From Amoebophrya sp. A120 (lineage: Eukaryota > Protista > Dinoflagellata): a stretch of 64,000 nucleotides of DNA. The notes beneath the pieces are model-generated. The model was not told where the DNA came from and made no database searches. It worked only from the letters and a program-made list of their open reading frames with translations. The position numbers were made by a program, and so were the translations under genes. Shown piece by piece: positions 61,501 through 64,000 of the stretch (the stretch's first letter is position 1; each line of letters begins with the position of its first letter). The stretch spans positions 3,366,265 to 3,430,264 of the forward strand of contig CAJINV010000007.1 in NCBI GenBank assembly GCA_905178155.1, in the 5' to 3' direction.

Positions 61501-64000
61501 GCAAGCCGCTGATGAAGACCGCAGACAAGGGAGAAGATGGCGAAGACGCCAAAACTCCGAACTCCTGGTACAAGCAGAAATTCAGTTCGTCGTCGAAACT
61601 CGGAGACCACGACGAGCCCGGCTCCAGCTCCAGCTACCCTCCCCGCGCCGCGACTGAGGATAACAGTACTAAGGAAAAGGATAATTACAAGAACTGGCGC
61701 GACGTCAGCAAGGAGCACGATTACAACGAGCCCGGCTCCGGGTACCAGAGACGCTGGCACTACACGCAAAGTGGTCAAGATGGTGCGAAAGGGACCACGT
61801 CGACGTCGAACAAAGAGTCAGGCAGCCGATACGACCGGTTCAACAGTAGCAACGCCTCCACTAAAGAGGATTACTTCGGAGGCAGCCGGGACGAGGACTA
61901 CCACAACTCCTGGGACAGCAACCATCGCGACTGGGACCGGGGCTGGAAGAGCAAAAACAAGCGGGATCATAAGTACGGTTGGGAGAACGACTTTTTCGAC
62001 GACTACAATAATTCCGACAAGGAAGACGATCCCTACAGTAACTGGAAGCCGGACGCGCTGGACAATTCCAACTCCTACGATACGGCACTCACCAACTGGA
62101 AAAACGAACAATCTTCCGGTAGTTACTTGAACAACGATTCCTCCAATTCAGGAACAGCTACCACGTCGGACTCCTGGAATAACCAGCAAGCGACCGGCGC
62201 AGGAGCTGTGACCGCGACGAGTACAACTTCTCGCCGCCAGCAGAAGGAGAAGGAGCGGGAGGAGGATGAGCGACGGGAGGTGGAAGCGGCGAAGCGACTG
62301 GCGCAGGAGTTGGAGCAGACGAAGCAGAAACTGGAACAGGAGCGGCTGAAGCGGTTGGAGCTGGAAGAGAAGAAGAAGCAGGAATCGGCGCTGGAAGAGG
62401 TGAAACAGCGGAAAATCCGGGAGCAAATTCGAGAGGAAACGGAACGGCTGGAAAAGAAAAAGAAGCAAATCGAGACGGAGTCCAAAGCCATGGAAGTACA
62501 GAGACAGAAGGAAGCGGCGGAGTTTAGAAGGTAGTACCGTTTTGATGTTGTCTTCAAGAGCTTTTTAGGTCGTTGTTCACTTGCTTCTACAGAGGGACCA
62601 CATGGTTTTTTGATGCAACACAAGATTTCGTGCCATGTGCGCTCCTGTGCAACGTTACTAGCGTGTCAGCACTTATAGTTGTTCTGGTGTGCTCGGCGCT
62701 TTTTCTGTTTGTAGTTACGCTCTCGCGAGTTGTTGTTTTTTTCTCCATGCCACAATCACAATGTTCGATCATGAACCAAAAATAAAGAATCCTCCTCGCA
62801 GATTGATGAATCACAATGATGAAAAATCGTATATGACCCACGACCTCGCAGGTTGCAACTGAAGCAGCGCGAAGAGTCTCAGCGGAAGGCCCGGGAGGAC
62901 CGGGAACGGGAGGAGCGCGAGCTACAGCAGAAGCGACTGGAGCTAGAACAGTGGGAAACCAAGTTGAAGCAGCAGGAGGAGCAGGCAAGGCGAGCTGAGC
63001 GAGAACAGCAGGAGCATCTGCAGCGGCAACACAGTAGTACTGCTGCACCATCTCACAAACAGCTGAAAGTTCCGCTCCCGCCGCCGCCGATACTGCCGTC
63101 CTCCCCACCTCATGCCGATTTGGAGATGGCTTCGCCGCCGTCCGGGGGAGGCTACTCGAGTTATCAAAGTTCGCTCGCGGGCTCACCAGGAGCTTCGATT
63201 GATGTGGAACAGGGTCAGCAACAGCATGCTAGGGCCAGCACGCCAGGTCAGCATCATCCACCCGGAACGAAAGGACAATCCTCCTCGCAGATGGCGGGAA
63301 AAAATAACGCGATGTTAAACAAGGCTGTTGTGACCGCCCCGCCAATGATCTCGCCACCGACAATCGCCCCGCCGAGCATTCCAACGCCACAGATCCCGAC
63401 GCCGCAGAAACATTCTACTTTGGCGGGAGCGCAAAAGGACCAAACTTCTGACAAGAAGGCACCATCTTCTCGCAGTTCTCCCGTCGGGCCTGCTTCAAAT
63501 AAGATGAGCGACTCCGTTGCCTCCACTCCCGCTGCAGCGAAGACCTACGGTGACGAGGACGACGCTGATTACAATAAGAACAGTGGCTCGTGGAAGGATT
63601 ACGGGAACAACAACAAGTGGGAAGATGATGTGGACCGACGGAACTACAAAAACTCGTGGGAAAATAACTACAAGAACGACTATGGATCTTCTGGCTGGAA
63701 AGACTACGATAAGAATGAGGACAGTGGGTACAACAACAGTAGATACAAGCATTACGACGACGATGAAGTAGCCAAGAATTATGCTTGGAACAAGAAGAAG
63801 TACGAAACAAACTACGACAAATACGACGATTTTGACATCAATGAAGTGGAAAGCGACGAAGAGAGAAATGAAAAGCCAGTCCAGAAGAATTATGATTACC
63901 GCGCCGGCAAAACCAAACACCAAGAAGAACCGCCGAAGCCCGAACCTGTGCTCGATTACACCAAGCCTGTGGAGCATTTCACCGGTCCGAAGGCGAAGAA
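58568..64000 (+). CDS. Pro-rich / coiled-coil low-complexity protein that runs off the window end
   Basis: In-phase GT-AG introns 59591-59892, 60806-60996 and 62531-62851, plus the introner at 60297; the last exon appears open to 64000. Confidence 0.7.
60297..60534. mobile_element. Introner, family 2, 5-bp direct repeat GCGAT
   Basis: ~50-bp TIRs; GCGAT at 60292-60296 and 60535-60539; removal gives RFHNAMKAKFPEY in frame. Confidence 0.9.

Overview
This is eukaryotic genomic DNA. The co-oriented (+ strand) genes, low-complexity proteins and inverted-repeat/direct-repeat 'introner' introns suggest a dinoflagellate-lineage parasite such as Amoebophrya; this is inferred, not proven. The main feature is a 14,266-bp tyrosine-recombinase (YR) retrotransposon at 6939-21204 with split direct repeats (A1...B1-A2-spacer-B2). 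It sits without a target-site duplication inside a coding exon of a ~2,600-aa thioredoxin/PDI-like host gene, and precise removal restores that frame. The element is unusually large and multigenic: unknown ORF, RING + Zn-knuckle Gag-like gene, YR, second unknown ORF, and RT-RNaseH-methyltransferase with a C-terminal macrodomain. It carries at least five in-phase GT-AG introns, an att-like inverted repeat at its circle junction and a G-U-compensated RNA duplex at its 3' end. It also hosts a nested 1.2-kb TIR element with a phased 12-bp motif array. The rest of the window holds eight more host genes, including an NTT/TLC-like transporter with inserted PAN/PA-like domains and an ERCC6/PICH-like SNF2 ATPase. 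Six TAT...ATA introners with 5-bp direct repeats sit in host exons and excise in frame. All domain calls come from motif recognition by eye; no database searches were run.
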